Shown here one piece after another: positions 45,422 through 55,840 of a stretch of 63,393 bases of DNA. The notes below the pieces were generated by a model. That model worked only from the letters and a program-made list of their open reading frames with translations, searched no databases and was not told the DNA's origin. The position numbers and the translations under genes were made by a program. The stretch's first letter is position 1; the number at the start of each line of letters is the position of its first letter. Source of the stretch: Candidatus Omnitrophota bacterium (GTDB taxonomy: Bacteria; Omnitrophota; Gorgyraeia; S143-82). The stretch spans positions 1 to 63,393 of the forward strand of contig WGAY01000031.1 in assembly GCA_015494585.1 (NCBI GenBank), in the 5' to 3' direction.

Positions 45422-48208
45422 TCAATCAGAAAACATGCGCCTGGCCAGAAACTGGCCTGTATAAGAAGAGGGATTCCTGGCTATCTCTTCTGGCCTGCCC
45501 TCGGCTACGATGCGTCCACCTTCATCTCCACCCTCTGGGCCCAAGTCGATTATCCAGTCAGCGGTCTTTATCACATCCAGGTTGTGCTCTATAACGATAA
45601 CAGAATTCCCCTTGTCCACCAACCTATGCAGGACATCCAATAGTTTTTCCTCGTCGGCAAAATGTAGGCCTGTGGTGGGCTCATCGAGTATGTAAAGGCT
45701 ATTGCCCGTATCTCGTCTGCCGAGCTCAGCGGCAAGTTTTATCCTTTGGGCCTCTCCTCCTGAAAGGGTAGTTGCCGGCTGGCCCAATCTTATATACCCC
45801 AGGCCCACATCAAATAGGGTATCCAATATCCTTTTGATAGACGGGATATCGCTAAACAATTCCCTGGCCTGCTCAACACTCATATCAAGGACATCGCCAA
45901 TAGAAAGTCCCTTATACTTTACACTCAGGGTCTGCTCATTATACCTTTTCCCTTTACACACCTGACATGGAACATAGACATCCGGCAAAAAGTGCATTTC
46001 TATCTTTATCATCCCCTCTCCTGAACAGGCCTCACACCTGCCCCCTCTGACATTAAAGCTAAACCTGGATGGTTTGAATCCCCTTATCCTTGCCTCTGGA
46101 AGTTGAGAAAAAAGTCGCCGGATGTGCGTAAAGACATTTGTATAGGTTGCGGGGTTAGAGCGAGGTGTTCTACCTATTGGATCCTGGTCTATCATAATCA
46201 CCTTATCGATAGACCTCCATCCAGTTATAGACCTAAATAGCCCTGCTTTTTCCTTTGATTTATAGATCCTCTGGCGCAGGGCCTTATAAAGGACATCGTA
46301 TATGAGGCTCGATTTACCCGAGCCAGAGACGCCCGTAACACAGACAAAGACTCCCAATGGAATCCTCACATCTATATCCTTCAGATTATGTTCTCTGGCG
46401 CCCTTAACAGTCAACCAGCGGCTGGGTTTTCGTAGTTTACGGACCACAGAGACAGACCTCTCCCCACGCAGATAGGCCGCCGTCAGGGACCTCTTATCCT
46501 TAAGGAGTCCCTTTACACTCCCAGCAAAGACCACTTCTCCACCCCTTTCCCCTGCCCCTGGTCCCAGGTCAACTACATAATCAGCGCTCAGTATGGTATC
46601 TGCATCGTGCTCTACCACCAGGAGTGTGTTACCCATATCCCGCAGGGCCTTTAGAGACGAGATAAGCATCTCATTGTCGCGCGGATGCAGTCCAATACTC
46701 GGCTCATCCAGCACATAAAGCACGCCCGTCAAACCCGAACCAATCTGAGTAGCAAGGCGTATTCGCTGAGATTCACCCCCTGAAAGAGTAGAATTTAGTC
46801 TATCCAGCTGGATATAACCCACCCCTGTCCTCTCACAAAACTCCAGCTTTTTTATTGCCTCCCTCAATATAAGCTCGGCTATCCTCTTTTTGTACCCGCT
46901 AAATCGTAAGGCCTTCAGAAATGAAAGGGCCGAGGATATATCCATCTTTACCACGTCCCATATATTTTTCCCTTTTACTTTTATACTCAATGCCTCCCTC
47001 CTAAGCCTGGCACCATTACAAGCAGGACATGGGGATTCTGACATATATCTGCTAATAGCGGATTTTAATTCCTCACTCTCCGTCTCATTAAACAATCTCA
47101 ACAGATGCGGAATCAGGCCCTCAAAGGGCTTATCCCAGACCTTAATATCACTGCCGTATAGGATTTGCCTCCTTTGATTCCTAGGAAGACTTTTAAAAGG
47201 CACATACATATCGATGCCGGCCGTATAACAAAAATCTCGTAATAAAGATTTATAATACATAATGTATCCCCTGCCGCCCTTTCTCCACGGCTCAATAGCA
47301 CCCTCAGCAAGGCTCTTTTCCTTATCCGGAACAACCTTATCTATATCTATATCCATCTGAATCCCCAGACCTGAACATTCCGGACAGGCACCATAAGGAC
47401 TATTAAAGGAAAACAGGCGCGGCTCTATCTCAGGATAGCTTATGTTACAAAATGGACAGGCCATGTGCTCACTAAATAGAAGGTCCTTCCAAGTATCTCT
47501 ATCGAGGACGGATAAAATCACAAACCCCTTACCCGCTTTCAGCGCTATCTCTACAGCCTCTGTTATCCTCTGCCTTGCCCTATCTTCTATAACCACTCTA
47601 TCCACCACCAGGTCTATGTCGTGCAGGCGGTATCTGTCAAGTGCTGGCACCTCATCAATAGAATATATATTTCCATCAACGCGCACACGGACAAATCCCT
47701 GACGTCTGATATCATCGAAGAGATCACTGTAGAGTCCCTTCCTTCCCTTGATAATCGGGGCCAAAATGACTGCCTTTTTCCTCTTATTCCCTATTAAGAT
47801 CGAATCTACTATCTCCTGGGCAGATTGACACTGCATTTTCCGCCCACATGAATAGCAGAAGACCTCTCCTAAACGGGCAAATAGGAGTCTCAAAAAATCG
47901 TAAACTTCTGTCTGTGTCGCTACTATAGACCTCGGATTATGGGAAAGCCTGCGCTGTTCTATGGCAATCGACGGAGAAAGCCCTTCAATATAGTCCACAT
48001 CCGGCTTCTTCATCCTGTCGAGAAACTGACGGGCATAGGCAGAGAGACTCTCAACATACCTGCGTTGTCCCTCGGCGTACAACGTATCAAAGGCAAGCGA
48101 AGACTTCCCTGAACCACTAATGCCAGTAATGACCGTCAACTTATTTCTGGGGATATTCAGGCTGATATTTTTTAGATTATGTTCCCGCGCACCGATTACC
48201 TTAATCAT
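45422..48208 (-). CDS. uvrA: excinuclease ABC subunit A
   Basis: 928 aa with two ABC modules (GISGSGKSS, GVSGSGKSS), zinc-finger Cys clusters, and an N-terminal GAREHNLKNI. Confidence 0.97.
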   Translation of the reverse strand: MIKVIGAREHNLKNISLNIPRNKLTVITGISGSGKSSLAFDTLYAEGQRRYVESLSAYARQFLDRMKKPDVDYIEGLSPSIAIEQRRLSHNPRSIVATQTEVYDFLRLLFARLGEVFCYSCGRKMQCQSAQEIVDSILIGNKRKKAVILAPIIKGRKGLYSDLFDDIRRQGFVRVRVDGNIYSIDEVPALDRYRLHDIDLVVDRVVIEDRARQRITEAVEIALKAGKGFVILSVLDRDTWKDLLFSEHMACPFCNISYPEIEPRLFSFNSPYGACPECSGLGIQMDIDIDKVVPDKEKSLAEGAIEPWRKGGRGYIMYYKSLLRDFCYTAGIDMYVPFKSLPRNQRRQILYGSDIKVWDKPFEGLIPHLLRLFNETESEELKSAISRYMSESPCPACNGARLRREALSIKVKGKNIWDVVKMDISSALSFLKALRFSGYKKRIAELILREAIKKLEFCERTGVGYIQLDRLNSTLSGGESQRIRLATQIGSGLTGVLYVLDEPSIGLHPRDNEMLISSLKALRDMGNTLLVVEHDADTILSADYVVDLGPGAGERGGEVVFAGSVKGLLKDKRSLTAAYLRGERSVSVVRKLRKPSRWLTVKGAREHNLKDIDVRIPLGVFVCVTGVSGSGKSSLIYDVLYKALRQRIYKSKEKAGLFRSITGWRSIDKVIMIDQDPIGRTPRSNPATYTNVFTHIRRLFSQLPEARIRGFKPSRFSFNVRGGRCEACSGEGMIKIEMHFLPDVYVPCQVCKGKRYNEQTLSVKYKGLSIGDVLDMSVEQARELFSDIPSIKRILDTLFDVGLGYIRLGQPATTLSGGEAQRIKLAAELGRRDTGNSLYILDEPTTGLHFADEEKLLDVLHRLVDKGNSVIVIEHNLDVIKTADWIIDLGPEGGDEGGRIVAEGRPEEIARNPSSYTGQFLARRMFSD

Positions 48209-48245
48209 AATATTCCTCTCACCTTCCCCTATAGATTATACCAAA

Positions 48246-49481
48246 TCACTGCTTTCCTGCGGCCTTCCATACAAAAACCGAATCGCCTTTATGGACCTTA
48301 CGACCAACATATACTGCTACAATCTGAGAAGGATCTGCCTGTACCACAGGTCGTCTCTGTATCTGCATACTCTCCAGTCTGAACTCAACGGCACCTGTAC
48401 TCTTACCGGTTATTAAGACATCATCTCCTAACCTCAATCCTCTATTTCTAATGGAAACCTCTGCCACAGATATCTTTGGGAAAAACCTCTCTACACGACC
48501 CACATACATTTTACGGCGTAAAGAGAGGGAACCGTCCTGAGAAACCAAGTCATTCAAAGGCCTGCCTAGATAAAATCCCTTTGAGAAACCGCGATTGTAT
48601 ACCAGGGAAAGTTCCTTTAAATAATTTTGCTTCACATTATCAGAAAGACGGCCATTATAATAATCCTCTATAGCTGAACGATAGATCCTTGTAACCTGAG
48701 CAATATATTCAGCAGGCCTGGTCCTGCCTTCGATCTTAAGGGCAGATACCCCTGACTCCAGAATCTCATCTAGAATCTCCACGGTTGCAAGATCCCTCGG
48801 AGATAAGACATATCCATCTCCTACCACCATCTCCTTGCCTTCTTGGAGCTCTATTACCCTATATTTTCTTCGACAAGGCTGCAGACAATCACCCCTGTTA
48901 GCAGATCTCTGGTATAGAAACTCCGACATAAAACACCTACCAGAGATGCTAATACACATCGCACCGTGTACAAAAACCTCTAGCTCCAGGGACAGACCTT
49001 TTTTGCTTATCTCTTGGGCTATCTCCCTTATCTGTGACAGATCTAGTTCCCTTGCCAATACAACACGCCTTGCCCCCATAGAGGCATAGGCCATTACTGA
49101 CCCCATATTACTGACACTGGCCTGTGTGGATATATGTAAGTCCAATCCCATCTCCTGTACCATAGAAACAACCCCTAAGTCCCAGCAAATCACCCCATCT
49201 ACGCCTACGGCCCTGGCTTCTCTCAATATGGCCCTAACCTTATCTATCTCCCCCTGATATACAATAGAATTTAAGGTAAGATAGGCCTTTGCACCACAGG
49301 AATGAACCAGCGATACCACCTTCTTTAACTCATTAATCTCAAAAGACCGGGCATTGGCTCGCAGATTAAAACCCTTTACCCCAAAATACACACCATCCGC
49401 ACCATTATTCAGGGCGGCATTCAGGGAATCCCACCAACCCGCACCTACGACTAGCTCTACCCTCCTTTTGCTTCTTGCCAC
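48246..49481 (-). CDS. peptidase U32 family protein
   Basis: ELVVGAG...ADGVYFG...ARELDLSQIREI...EVFVHGAMCISISGRCFMS is the U32 signature region. Confidence 0.85.
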   Translation of the reverse strand: MARSKRRVELVVGAGWWDSLNAALNNGADGVYFGVKGFNLRANARSFEINELKKVVSLVHSCGAKAYLTLNSIVYQGEIDKVRAILREARAVGVDGVICWDLGVVSMVQEMGLDLHISTQASVSNMGSVMAYASMGARRVVLARELDLSQIREIAQEISKKGLSLELEVFVHGAMCISISGRCFMSEFLYQRSANRGDCLQPCRRKYRVIELQEGKEMVVGDGYVLSPRDLATVEILDEILESGVSALKIEGRTRPAEYIAQVTRIYRSAIEDYYNGRLSDNVKQNYLKELSLVYNRGFSKGFYLGRPLNDLVSQDGSLSLRRKMYVGRVERFFPKISVAEVSIRNRGLRLGDDVLITGKSTGAVEFRLESMQIQRRPVVQADPSQIVAVYVGRKVHKGDSVFVWKAAGKQ

Positions 49482-49678
49482 TTACTTATCCTCCATAAAA
49501 CCATCTAAAAACAGAAAATAGCACATCCCTGACATCTTTCTCCTCGATTATCCTCTGGTTTCCAGATAAGAAATATTGAAGAGAACAGCAAAAGTTTCAT
49601 CACAACTCCAACAAAACCAAAAACAAGGATTTAAATTCAAACTTATCTTCTACAAAATATTCTTGCAGGGCACCAAGA

Positions 49679-50380
49679 TTACTCTACACAGGGATCACAA
49701 ACCCTCTTTCTCCTGTTGCGGAAAAACTCACCTATCAGGTCAGTCAAGCCTAAAAGAAATGCAGCCAAAAGCAATAGAAAGGTATTTATTTCCATCTGTT
49801 CTTTTTCCAATATAAATTCGTCTTTCAGGTGAAAAACTATGGTCAAAACTATCGTCCATATGACCAACTTATACTCCTGGCTCTTCAGATAGCGATGAAA
49901 ACTTGCTCCCCATTTCTCTCCCTTCCTATAAGGAGAAAGTCGAAACGGAAACAAGGCCGGCACCTTTGATCTATAATCGAGATATTCTTCACCAAAACGC
50001 CTTAATAAGAGGGATTCTTCTTCCAATATCTTACGCCTATATATGAGGCCTATCACCACTGCCACAAATAACAAAGAAACCCACCAATCCACCCTTAACA
50101 TAACAAGGAAGCCTACCATTATCAGAAAACTTCCCAAATAAAGGGGGTGTCTCACATAGGCATACGGCCCACTTGTGGTGAGCTTCTCAGTCTTTACTGC
50201 GTAGAAATTTGCCCATGACCTGATAATTAGACCCAAAACAATAAATATAGCAGAGGCGCGAATAGATTCATCGGTTGAAAAACCAGACAAAACCGCCCAT
50301 ATCCCAAACGGATATAAAATAGCAAACCGCAATTTAAACCAGCGTTGCAAAAGTTCTTTAATTCTTCCCTTCATATGCAT
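49679..50380 (-). CDS. isoprenylcysteine carboxyl / phospholipid methyltransferase family membrane protein
   Basis: Polytopic membrane protein with GPYAYVRHPLYLGSFLIMVGF and EEESLLLRRFGEEYLDYRSKVP. Confidence 0.7.
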   Translation of the reverse strand: MHMKGRIKELLQRWFKLRFAILYPFGIWAVLSGFSTDESIRASAIFIVLGLIIRSWANFYAVKTEKLTTSGPYAYVRHPLYLGSFLIMVGFLVMLRVDWWVSLLFVAVVIGLIYRRKILEEESLLLRRFGEEYLDYRSKVPALFPFRLSPYRKGEKWGASFHRYLKSQEYKLVIWTIVLTIVFHLKDEFILEKEQMEINTFLLLLAAFLLGLTDLIGEFFRNRRKRVCDPCVE

Positions 50381-50639
50381 GCGTTCTTATTTATTTTTAC
50401 ATACATATATTCGGATATTCGGACAACTAGCTATATTTTTTTATTTTACAACAGCTATATAAGATTTGAAACCACAAAATTTGTGTTCTATTTTAGAATA
50501 GAGCACCTCCTATACTTACAAACGTAATGAAGGAAGAGAGTGAAAGGATCGCCATCCCCAATCCATCAGCCTTCAGAAAAGAAACATTCTTTTATTCAGA
50601 CCGATTATTCCCTGTAACTTGAGCTGTAAGTTGCAAATC

Positions 50640-52250
50640 TTAACTGGTAATAAACCTATTCAACAATACGTTCATCTCCTCAACCTTTTCGCTGAGCTGA
50701 TCCATAGTGGAGGAGATGTTTACCATTGACTGGGTATACTCTGCAAGCGCAGCCGATATATTGGTAATATTATGCGATATATCAGAGGTTGCTATGCTCT
50801 GCTCCTCAGTAGCCGAGGCAACGTGGTTTATGAACGAGCGCACCTCTGATATAGCGCCATTAACCTGCTCTATGAGGCTACCCACATCTAGGGCCTTTGC
50901 TGCCATCTCTTTGATGATGTCGACATTTTGATTTACCTCTTCGCTCATTACCTTTATATCTTTCTGGATCTTAACGATAACCTCTTTTATCTCTTTAGTT
51001 GAATCCTTTGTCTTCTCTGCCAGTTTGCGCACCTCCTCAGCTACAACTGAAAACCCTCTTCCTGCCTCGCCTGCGCGGGCGGCCTCTATTGCCGCATTCA
51101 ATGCCAAGAGATTTATCTTATCTGCAATATCATTAATAACAACGACAACATCGCTTACCTGAGCAGAATCCTGTGTCAAGCGGTTAAATTTCTCTGCAAA
51201 TTCCTGCTCAACATTAACCACGTTCTGGATCTCATCTATTAGTGCCTTGAGTTGTTGGGTACTCTGGACCGCCATATCTGCTGATGCCTCTGATTTCTCA
51301 TTTGCCTGGCGGGTAACATCAGCGATCTCGCGCACAGTTGCATTCAATTCCTCTGTTGCCGAGGCTATGCTCTCTGTCTTGCCAGAAAGCTCCTGAGAGG
51401 TCTTGACAAACCCATTTATTACATTAGAAGACTCAGAAACCGAGAGGCTTGCTGTCCTTGATACGTCCTTAGATGACCTTATCAAATGCTCCAGAGAATC
51501 CATAAAGTTATTAAACGTCCGCGCCATCTCCCCTATCTCATCCTCAGAGTCAACTTCCATCCTGACAGTGAGGTCTCCCTGCGCGCCCTTGTTAAACTCC
51601 TCAACAAATTTCTTCAACGGCAGGATAATAGAAGAGCTTATGCCAAAAGAGATAAAGAAGACGAGAAAGCTGATAAGGAGCATAATGCCCATTACTCCCT
51701 TTAACTTCATCAACTTCCTCTCCGCCGATCTTTGCATCAGGCCAACTGCCTTGTTCATCTCCTTTAACAACTCCACATTGTGGTCCATAAGGTAAAGCAC
51801 ATCTGCGCCATTTGATCCCTCTTTATTGACCATAACCATCTCCAACGCCCGTTTAAACTTTGCCCACAGATCAGCGACCTTCTCCAATTGCTGTTTTATC
51901 TCCTTATTTCCAGCAGGTGGAATCTTTCTAAACTTTGTCATCTTTAAATCCAAAGGAGCGGCCCCGCCATCTTTCAGGGCAAACAGGGTCGTATCAAATA
52001 CCTTCATCGTTGACCTCAAGAGCTTTTCCTCATCCGCCGTCGCTTCCCCCCTTATCAGATCTAGCATCTCTTTCGTCATCTTCTGGGTCAGCATCCTCTG
52101 GCGGCCAGCAAGGTTAATAATCACTGCATCCGCCTTTTGCCTGCCAAGGGTAAAAAACACCGAAAGGGTAATCAATAAAGCCATCAGAAATAACAGCCCA
52201 TGTGAAAGCAAGAGCTTCTGGGCAACAGTAAGGCGTTTTAGTACGTGCAT
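50640..52250 (-). CDS. methyl-accepting chemotaxis protein with a PilJ/NarX P-box-type sensor domain
   Basis: [18 protein letters not shown]-box, HAMP domain, and MA domain ([32 protein letters not shown]). The ATG at 52250 is preceded by GGGGGGGAGGA; the ORF-track GTG at 52292 is probably an extension. Confidence 0.9.
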   Translation of the reverse strand: MHVLKRLTVAQKLLLSHGLLFLMALLITLSVFFTLGRQKADAVIINLAGRQRMLTQKMTKEMLDLIRGEATADEEKLLRSTMKVFDTTLFALKDGGAAPLDLKMTKFRKIPPAGNKEIKQQLEKVADLWAKFKRALEMVMVNKEGSNGADVLYLMDHNVELLKEMNKAVGLMQRSAERKLMKLKGVMGIMLLISFLVFFISFGISSSIILPLKKFVEEFNKGAQGDLTVRMEVDSEDEIGEMARTFNNFMDSLEHLIRSSKDVSRTASLSVSESSNVINGFVKTSQELSGKTESIASATEELNATVREIADVTRQANEKSEASADMAVQSTQQLKALIDEIQNVVNVEQEFAEKFNRLTQDSAQVSDVVVVINDIADKINLLALNAAIEAARAGEAGRGFSVVAEEVRKLAEKTKDSTKEIKEVIVKIQKDIKVMSEEVNQNVDIIKEMAAKALDVGSLIEQVNGAISEVRSFINHVASATEEQSIATSDISHNITNISAALAEYTQSMVNISSTMDQLSEKVEEMNVLLNRFITS

Positions 52251-52315
52251 ATCCTCCCCCCCTATCTTAAAAAATAACGTGCCCTTTACCACCTGTTTAA
52301 GATTTCTATGGACAA

Positions 52316-52344
52316 ATTATACCACAAAATTTAGAATGTTTTAA
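52316..52344 (-). promoter_or_regulatory. candidate sigma-70 promoter for the MCP gene (extended -10)
   Basis: The minus strand reads TTAAAA-N17-TATAAT with TGTGG immediately upstream of the -10. It lies 66 nt upstream of the ATG at 52250. Confidence 0.4.
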
Positions 52345-52354
52345 ACAAAGAAAT

Positions 52355-53527
52355 ATGCCCATGAAAAAAATCTTAGTAATAACAGGGATCCGTTCCGAAT
52401 ACTTTATACTGCGGCCAGTATTACTCGCCCTGCAGAGCTCAAAACAATTCAAGATCAAACTGGCCGTCTCTGGCGCGCACCTCTCTTCCTGGCACGGAAA
52501 TACCCTTGAGATGATAAAAAAAGACGGCCTTCCCATTGCAGATAAAATAGATTCTTTGTTTATGACAAACCGCGAGACACAGAGGCCAAAAGGAATAGCT
52601 GCCCTGCTATACGGGCTAAGCCAGTGCGTTGAAAGGGAAAACCCAGATTTTCTACTGGTGTTGGGAGACAGAGAAGAGGCAATAGCAACCGCCCTGGTAG
52701 GTAACTATATGAACGTGCTTACCGCCCATATTGCCGGCGGAGACCCTGTATATGGCAATGCTGACGACCCGGTAAGGTTTGCAGTATCAAAGCTGGCGCA
52801 CATCCACTTTACGATAGCGAAACAGCATTCAGAAAACCTCAAGAAAATCGGAGAAGAGCCCTTCCGCATATTCTGGACAGGCAATCCAGCTATAGACAGT
52901 ATACGCAAGGTAAAAAATATGGAATGGGATAAGGTGCAAAAACACCTTAATTGGGGCATAAAAAAGAAAAACTACATCGTCCTGATAAAACACCCCCTCT
53001 CATCGGAAAAAGAAGAGGTATATTCTCAGATGAAGATAACTATATCGGCCATAACCTCGTTTGCACAGAGAAATAGATTAAAGATAATCGGAATATACCC
53101 AAACACCGATCCCGGCTCATACGATATATTAAAGGCAATAGAAGAGGCTAATGCCCCCGAGATTATCCGATTTTACAAGACATTGCCGCACGAGATATTC
53201 GTAAACATTATGCGAAACGCGCTGGCGCTGACAGGCAATTCCAGCATGGGCATATTAGAGGCGCCTTTTTACTGCCTGCCTGTCGTAAACATCGGAAAAA
53301 GGCAAGGGGGCAGAATCTCCGCTGGCAATGTGATCTTCGTGGAACATAATGAAAAACAGATAACCAGGGCATTAAAAAGGGCATGTTTTGACCAAGGATT
53401 TCGACAACAGATAAAAAAAGCAAGAAACTTTTATGGGGATGGCAGGGCAAGTGAAAGGATAATAAATGCCCTATCATCCATAGATCCCAAAGACAAAAAA
53501 TGGCTGGTAAAGAGAAAACTAGTCTGA
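52355..53527 (+). CDS. UDP-N-acetylglucosamine 2-epimerase, hydrolysing type (NeuC/LegG-like)
   Basis: KKILVITGIRSEYFILRPVL...LVLGDREEAIATALVGNYMNVLTAHIAGGD...GNSSMGILEAPF. Confidence 0.8.
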   Translation: MPMKKILVITGIRSEYFILRPVLLALQSSKQFKIKLAVSGAHLSSWHGNTLEMIKKDGLPIADKIDSLFMTNRETQRPKGIAALLYGLSQCVERENPDFLLVLGDREEAIATALVGNYMNVLTAHIAGGDPVYGNADDPVRFAVSKLAHIHFTIAKQHSENLKKIGEEPFRIFWTGNPAIDSIRKVKNMEWDKVQKHLNWGIKKKNYIVLIKHPLSSEKEEVYSQMKITISAITSFAQRNRLKIIGIYPNTDPGSYDILKAIEEANAPEIIRFYKTLPHEIFVNIMRNALALTGNSSMGILEAPFYCLPVVNIGKRQGGRISAGNVIFVEHNEKQITRALKRACFDQGFRQQIKKARNFYGDGRASERIINALSSIDPKDKKWLVKRKLV

Positions 53528-53539
53528 GAGGAGACATAG

Positions 53540-54190
53540 ATGAAGACAATAGCCATAGCCGTCCATCCAGACGATGAGACACTCGGGGCAGGCGGAAGCC
53601 TGCTAAAATACAAACAACAAGGCGCAGAGATATTCTGGATAATCGTAACCAAAACCCATATTGAAAGCCAGATAGACACCCAACAGGAGACAATAGCAGA
53701 GGTAAGCAAACTCTATGGGTTTAGCGATGTTTTTCACTTGCAAAAGACAGCAACCACCCTCTCAACAAAAGACCTACCAGAAATAATATCGGAGCTGGAC
53801 AAAATAATCTCTAATGTAAAGCCAGATACGGTTATCGTGCCCTGTCTGTGGGACGTGCATTCAGACCATCGGATAGTTGCCCAGGCCTGTATGCCATTGC
53901 TCAAGCCTCATAGATATGGATTTATCCACAGGATACTGGCAATGGAAGTGTTGAGCGAGACAGACATCGGCTCGCTTTCCGCGGGAGGAGGCCTGCGGTT
54001 TTCATATTTTGAGGACATCACTGAATTCTTTGAAAAAAAGGCCTCTATTCTAAGCCAATACAAGACAGAGGTCGCAGAGTTCCCATTCCCAAGGAGTATT
54101 GGGGCAATAGAGTCGCTCGCAAGACTAAGGGGGACATCTATCGGCAGCCAGTACGCAGAGGCATTCATTCCGTTAAAGATAGTAAACTAA
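53540..54190 (+). CDS. PIG-L (LmbE) family deacetylase
   Basis: The IAVHPDDETLGAGG motif and a downstream HSDH. Confidence 0.85.
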   Translation: MKTIAIAVHPDDETLGAGGSLLKYKQQGAEIFWIIVTKTHIESQIDTQQETIAEVSKLYGFSDVFHLQKTATTLSTKDLPEIISELDKIISNVKPDTVIVPCLWDVHSDHRIVAQACMPLLKPHRYGFIHRILAMEVLSETDIGSLSAGGGLRFSYFEDITEFFEKKASILSQYKTEVAEFPFPRSIGAIESLARLRGTSIGSQYAEAFIPLKIVN

Positions 54191-54259
54191 CACAACGTTG
54201 ACCTTTGAGTCCTTAGACTGTCTATACTGAGTATCCTTGTCTTCACTGTTCCTTATTAT

Positions 54260-54633
54260 CCCGGATTATGCAATAGGTTTAGATTAAGTTATAGAAGTTA
54301 TTGTGGGATAATGAGAAATAGGGAATGTTAGGATAACCAAAATGGTTAAACTAAAAACTAAGAACTCAAAACGCAAAGCCACAACGCAAAACTTAGAGCT
54401 AAATTTTGGTGGCAGCCTATTCAAAGGCTAATTATTTATGAAAAAGCAGCAGCGGACTGCGGAAGGGATATGCGCAGATTATTGACGATAAGAAATGCTA
54501 GGGAGAAAAAAAGTTTTAAGGCTTTTAGATGTGGCTTTTAGTTTTTAGCTTTGAGCTTTGAGTTATATTTAGACAGAAAAGATTGTTGATTAGCAAAATG
54601 GTTGGAGATAAATAATCCTAATGCATAATCCAG
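54260..54633. mobile_element. MITE-like full-length member of the repeat family (copy C, inverted relative to A and B)
   Basis: Outer inverted repeats are cccggattatgcaatagg (54260-54277) and cctaatgcataatccag (54617-54633). Inner 7-mer-array arms lie at 54347-54400 and 54511-54566. The core carries tgacgataa. No ORF is present. Confidence 0.6.
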
Positions 54634-54768
54634 AATTATCTTACAAGAAGTTACATAATAGCCACAAACTTCCATTACATAACCCCGGGGGATTTAAAAA
54701 TCAATTCCTTTACCGAAACACACTATGCTATTGGAACAAACAAAAATTGTAGAAAAGAGGCTCTATAC

Positions 54769-55464
54769 CTAGATAATGGAAAAGAAATTTTCTATAATCC
54801 TCTCATAATAGGGGAGCATCTGCGTATAAATTCCACCCGCCTCTTTAATTATTTTCTCCGCCCTACTTCGCAGGTAGTCATTCAAACTAGAAAGGTCTTC
54901 TCCAAGCCAGGTCTTGACCATTTCCGGCGTGGATTCTATATGGAACTGCAGGCCATAGGCCCTCTTTCCCACCCTAATCGCCTGGTTCCTACATTTCTCT
55001 GCTGTGGCCAACAATGCCTCCCCTTCAGGGACATCAAAGGTATCGTTATGCCATTGAAAGACCTTTATAGATGAAGGTATTCCAGAAAAGAGAGGATCCC
55101 GCTTCCCTTCAGGGGTGAGGTCTATGTCAAAATACCCGATCTCTGTACATGCCCCACTTCTTACCTTTGCACCGCAGGCCTTTGCTAACAGCTGCGAACC
55201 AAGACATACCCCCAAGAACGGGATATCATTAGATACGGCCTCTTTTATTAACCTATCTTCCTCCACTAGAAATGGGTATTTATCCTCTTCATAGACCCCC
55301 ATAGGCCCGCCCATAACTATAACGGCCTCAAAAGAAGAGAAGGACGCAGGAAGTCTGTCCCCTTTTTCCAGATCCACAGTAGTAAATTCATAGCCCTTTC
55401 TTTTCAAGAAATCACCGATAATTCCCGCGCCCTCATTAACAACGTGTTTCACTATCAAAACCAT
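54769..55464 (-). CDS. class I glutamine amidotransferase (GuaA-N-like)
   Basis: GVCLGSQLLA nucleophile elbow and GLQFHIE His-Glu motif. Confidence 0.85.
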   Translation of the reverse strand: MVLIVKHVVNEGAGIIGDFLKRKGYEFTTVDLEKGDRLPASFSSFEAVIVMGGPMGVYEEDKYPFLVEEDRLIKEAVSNDIPFLGVCLGSQLLAKACGAKVRSGACTEIGYFDIDLTPEGKRDPLFSGIPSSIKVFQWHNDTFDVPEGEALLATAEKCRNQAIRVGKRAYGLQFHIESTPEMVKTWLGEDLSSLNDYLRSRAEKIIKEAGGIYTQMLPYYERIIENFFSII

Positions 55465-55471
55465 AGTGGTA

Positions 55472-55813
55472 TTATCCTACGGCTTTTTCTCCTGTCTCCC
55501 CTGTCCTTATTCTAATACACTCAGCAAGGTCTGTAATAAATATCTTCCCATCACCGATATTGCCAGTGCGAGCGCCTTTTATAATCGCATCCACAGTAGG
55601 TTTTACATATTCTTCATTTACCACTATCTCTATCTTTATCTTGGGCAGCAGATTCACCTTATATATCTGTCCCCTATAACTTTCTGTATATCCCTTTTGC
55701 TGACCACAGCCCTTTACCCTACTGACGGTCATCTTATGGATATCGGCCTTAAACAATTCCTCCTTTACATCATCTAATTTTTCTGGTTGTATAATTGCCT
55801 CTATCTTCTTCAT
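55472..55813 (-). CDS. glnK: nitrogen regulatory protein P-II
   Basis: [20 protein letters not shown]...T-loop [15 protein letters not shown]...GDGKIFI. Immediately downstream of amt. Confidence 0.93.
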   Translation of the reverse strand: MKKIEAIIQPEKLDDVKEELFKADIHKMTVSRVKGCGQQKGYTESYRGQIYKVNLLPKIKIEIVVNEEYVKPTVDAIIKGARTGNIGDGKIFITDLAECIRIRTGETGEKAVG

Positions 55814-55840
55814 AGCATCGTCCTCCTTCTGCTCAAAAGA

